A stretch of DNA of 18,425 bases from Candidatus Hermodarchaeota archaeon (lineage in GTDB: Archaea; Asgardarchaeota; Heimdallarchaeia; Hodarchaeales; Hodarchaeaceae), in contig JBHLKY010000010.1 in assembly GCA_048886185.1 (NCBI GenBank), forward strand, positions 1 through 18,425, read 5' to 3'. Within the stretch, counting starts at the first letter, position 1. Each line of letters begins with the position of its first letter. Both the position numbers and the translations under genes were made by a program. Positions 16,601 through 18,425 of the stretch are shown piece after piece. The notes under the pieces are model-generated. The model worked only from the letters and a program-made list of their open reading frames with translations, was not told where the DNA came from and did no database searches.

Positions 16601-17199
16601 TTTCGATTAAACCTAGGGCCATTTGTAAGAGTGATATGGCGTGTTTTTGTAATGTTTAAGCTACCTATATCTCGATGTATTAAAAATGATACTAAAGAAT
16701 CTTTCCAGATATGTTACTATTAAATTACATCGTATATTAAATTGCTTCCATTTCAACTATATATTCGTGTTTAAATTATATTGTTGCTTATATTAATTTT
16801 CTTCATATTTTCTTTATAGATAAGCTTCTTATTTTTGAAGCAACCTTCAATTTTCCTAAATACTAATCCTGGTCAAGCTAAGAAATCTAAAAACTGTTCA
16901 TTTTTCTCCATGGGGAGCGTAACACATCATCCTCAAATGGAAAATCATTCATATTATATTCTTTCTTAAAATAACTATAGCGATGAGTCTCTCACAATTT
17001 TAAACTTTAATCTAAAATTTTAATATAAAAAAGGAGTCTCGATATCCTTACAAAGGAATTCTGAAATTTAATTCTAATTTTACTGAAGAAAAAAGTATTT
17101 TTATGATTCACCTTGAGATATCTGTAATTGTTTCTAGGTATCACAAAGTCTTGCTAATGTCTAATACAGTAAGTAACGATCTTTTAGATTTTAACTCCA

Positions 17200-18030
17200 A
17201 TGGTGGTCTTTTTGTTTTTGCCAAAATCTCCTCTTAATTTATCTATAAAGCCATTAATTGGCATGGTTCATGTTCCTCCGATTAACAACTCCTATTCTTC
17301 CTCTGATTCTTTTGATAATATCATAGAATATAGTATTCAGGATGCAATCGCATTAGAGAAAGCTGGATTCGATGCTGTATTAATCGAAAATTTTCATGAT
17401 ACTCCATTTCCTAAATATCGATTAGATGATACTAGGCTGTTGTTGATGAGTTCTTTGATAAGAAAAATCGTAGATAAGGTGAATATCCCTTGTGGAGTAA
17501 ACATTCTGAGAAATGCCTGCACTCAAGCTCTCATTATGGCAACTGTTAATCATGGAAGTTTCATCCGATGTAATATCTATGAAGGGGCTTATGTAACAGA
17601 TCAAGGCATAATTGAATCTGTTGCAAGTGAAGTTCAGCAAAAATATAAGGAAATTGGATCTAACGTGAAAATTTTAGCTGATATTCACGTTAAACATGCT
17701 TCCCCCATCGGTGATTTTACGTTAGAAGAAGCTGCAATTAATGCAATGAAACGTGCGGGTGCTGATGCCGTCATAGTCTCTGGAAGATCAACTGGAACTC
17801 TAGTTGACATTGAAAAATTAAGACAGTTCGTAAAAACAAGCAAAATTAACCCCATTTTGGGAAGTGGATTAACTCTTAATAACCTATCAGATGTTTTCCC
17901 TCTTATCTCTGGAGCAATAGTTGGTTCTTCGATCAAAATTACCGATCTTTCTTCTCCAATAGATATTGAAAAAGCTGGGGCATTAGCTAGGAAATGGAAT
18001 GTTGAAAAAGATTCAGGTGGAGGTGTGTGA
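17200..18030 (+). CDS. btpA: BtpA/SgcQ family TIM-barrel protein
   Basis: Family motifs IGMVH, ENFHDTPF, GVNILRN, FIRCN...TDQGIIE, ADIHVKHA, ADAVIVSG, GSG and GAIVGSSIK. The exact start codon is uncertain. Confidence 0.92.
   Translation: MVVFLFLPKSPLNLSIKPLIGMVHVPPINNSYSSSDSFDNIIEYSIQDAIALEKAGFDAVLIENFHDTPFPKYRLDDTRLLLMSSLIRKIVDKVNIPCGVNILRNACTQALIMATVNHGSFIRCNIYEGAYVTDQGIIESVASEVQQKYKEIGSNVKILADIHVKHASPIGDFTLEEAAINAMKRAGADAVIVSGRSTGTLVDIEKLRQFVKTSKINPILGSGLTLNNLSDVFPLISGAIVGSSIKITDLSSPIDIEKAGALARKWNVEKDSGGGV
18019..18025 (+). promoter_or_regulatory. Shine-Dalgarno site GGAGGTG for the GNAT gene, embedded in the btpA C-terminal codons
   Basis: Perfect GGAGGTG 8 nt upstream of TTG18034. Confidence 0.75.
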
Positions 18031-18033
18031 TCA

Positions 18034-18425
18034 TTGATTAAAAAATTGGGAATTGAAGACTATCCAAAAATTCAAGCCTTATGGGAATCAGCTGGTTTAT
18101 CTTGGAGAGCTGAAGGACGAGACCATCCTGATAGAATAAGAAGGCAAATTGAAAGCCAGAGTATTTTTCTCTTGGGAGAAGTGGAAAAAGAAGAATTACG
18201 TGGAGTAGTCCTTGTTTCACATGATTCTCGGAAAGGATGGTTAAATCGCTTAGCTGTTCATCCCCACTATCGCAATCAACAAATTGCTCAGCAGTTGATT
18301 AAAGCAGCAGAAGACCTACTGTATAATGAGAATGGTATTGAAGTTTTTTGTACACTGATATTTGATGACAATGTAGCAAGTACCTCATTGTTTGAGAAAG
18401 TTGGGTATGAGTCATGGTCCGAAGT
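18034..18425 (+). CDS. GNAT-family N-acetyltransferase (YpeA-like), 3'-truncated; absent from the ORF track
   Basis: Manual translation: MIKKLGIEDYPKIQALWESAGL...RGVVLVSHDSRKGWLNRLAVHPHYRNQQIAQQLIKAAE...NVASTSLFEKVGY. It has motif A (LAVHP..R...IA, with Gln in place of the usual Gly) and N..S..LF.K.GY, and runs off the window end. Confidence 0.9.
   Translation, partial: MIKKLGIEDYPKIQALWESAGLSWRAEGRDHPDRIRRQIESQSIFLLGEVEKEELRGVVLVSHDSRKGWLNRLAVHPHYRNQQIAQQLIKAAEDLLYNENGIEVFCTLIFDDNVASTSLFEKVGYESWSE

Noticed and set aside
18028-18036. UGA read-through (selenocysteine-like) fusing btpA and the GNAT gene, which share a frame and are separated by one TGA and one codon
   Set aside because: A perfect SD 8 nt before TTG18034 explains the arrangement as translational coupling; the position is an unconserved linker, not a catalytic site.
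8119-18220. Other short overlapping ORFs (8119-8331, 8967-9218, 8998-9195, 11202-11411, 12630-12839, 13203-13391, 15402-15599, 15911-16144, 17422-17640, 17685-17936, 18038-18220)
   Set aside because: They overlap recognisable genes and have no family motifs; 18038-18220 is antisense to the real GNAT gene.
18034-18425. GNAT as a tubulin acetyltransferase
   Set aside because: It is a generic small GNAT coupled to btpA, in a different transcription unit; nothing links it to the tubulin-family gene.

Overview
The window looks archaeal and most likely Asgard-type. This is an inference from several eukaryote-like modules, archaeal BRE/TATA-like promoters and GGAGGTG/GGTG ribosome-binding sites. 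In order it holds: (1) the 3' part of a giant single-pass surface glycoprotein (about 20 Ig/cadherin-like repeats, one TM helix) whose cytoplasmic tail resembles a folliculin/SMCR8-type uDENN-longin domain and keeps the 'EARG' motif that carries the GAP arginine finger in those proteins; (2) a calcineurin-like metallophosphoesterase; (3) a 311-aa protein that appears to hold a second, arginine-less longin-like domain; (4) a 1141-aa all-helical protein with an approximately 123-aa repeat, followed 11 bp later by (5) a divergent tubulin/FtsZ-superfamily GTPase with several tubulin-like features, including an H11-H12-like C-terminus; (6) on the opposite strand, convergently, a RagA/Gtr1-like GTPase fused to a long novel C-terminus with a duplicated domain; (7) btpA/sgcQ and a 3'-truncated GNAT acetyltransferase that the ORF track misses. 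The main hypothesis is a membrane receptor-GAP / longin partner / Rag-like GTPase module clustered with a tubulin-family cytoskeletal operon. Reference motifs are quoted from memory and aligned by eye; no searches were run. No rRNA, tRNA, CRISPR array or mobile element was seen.
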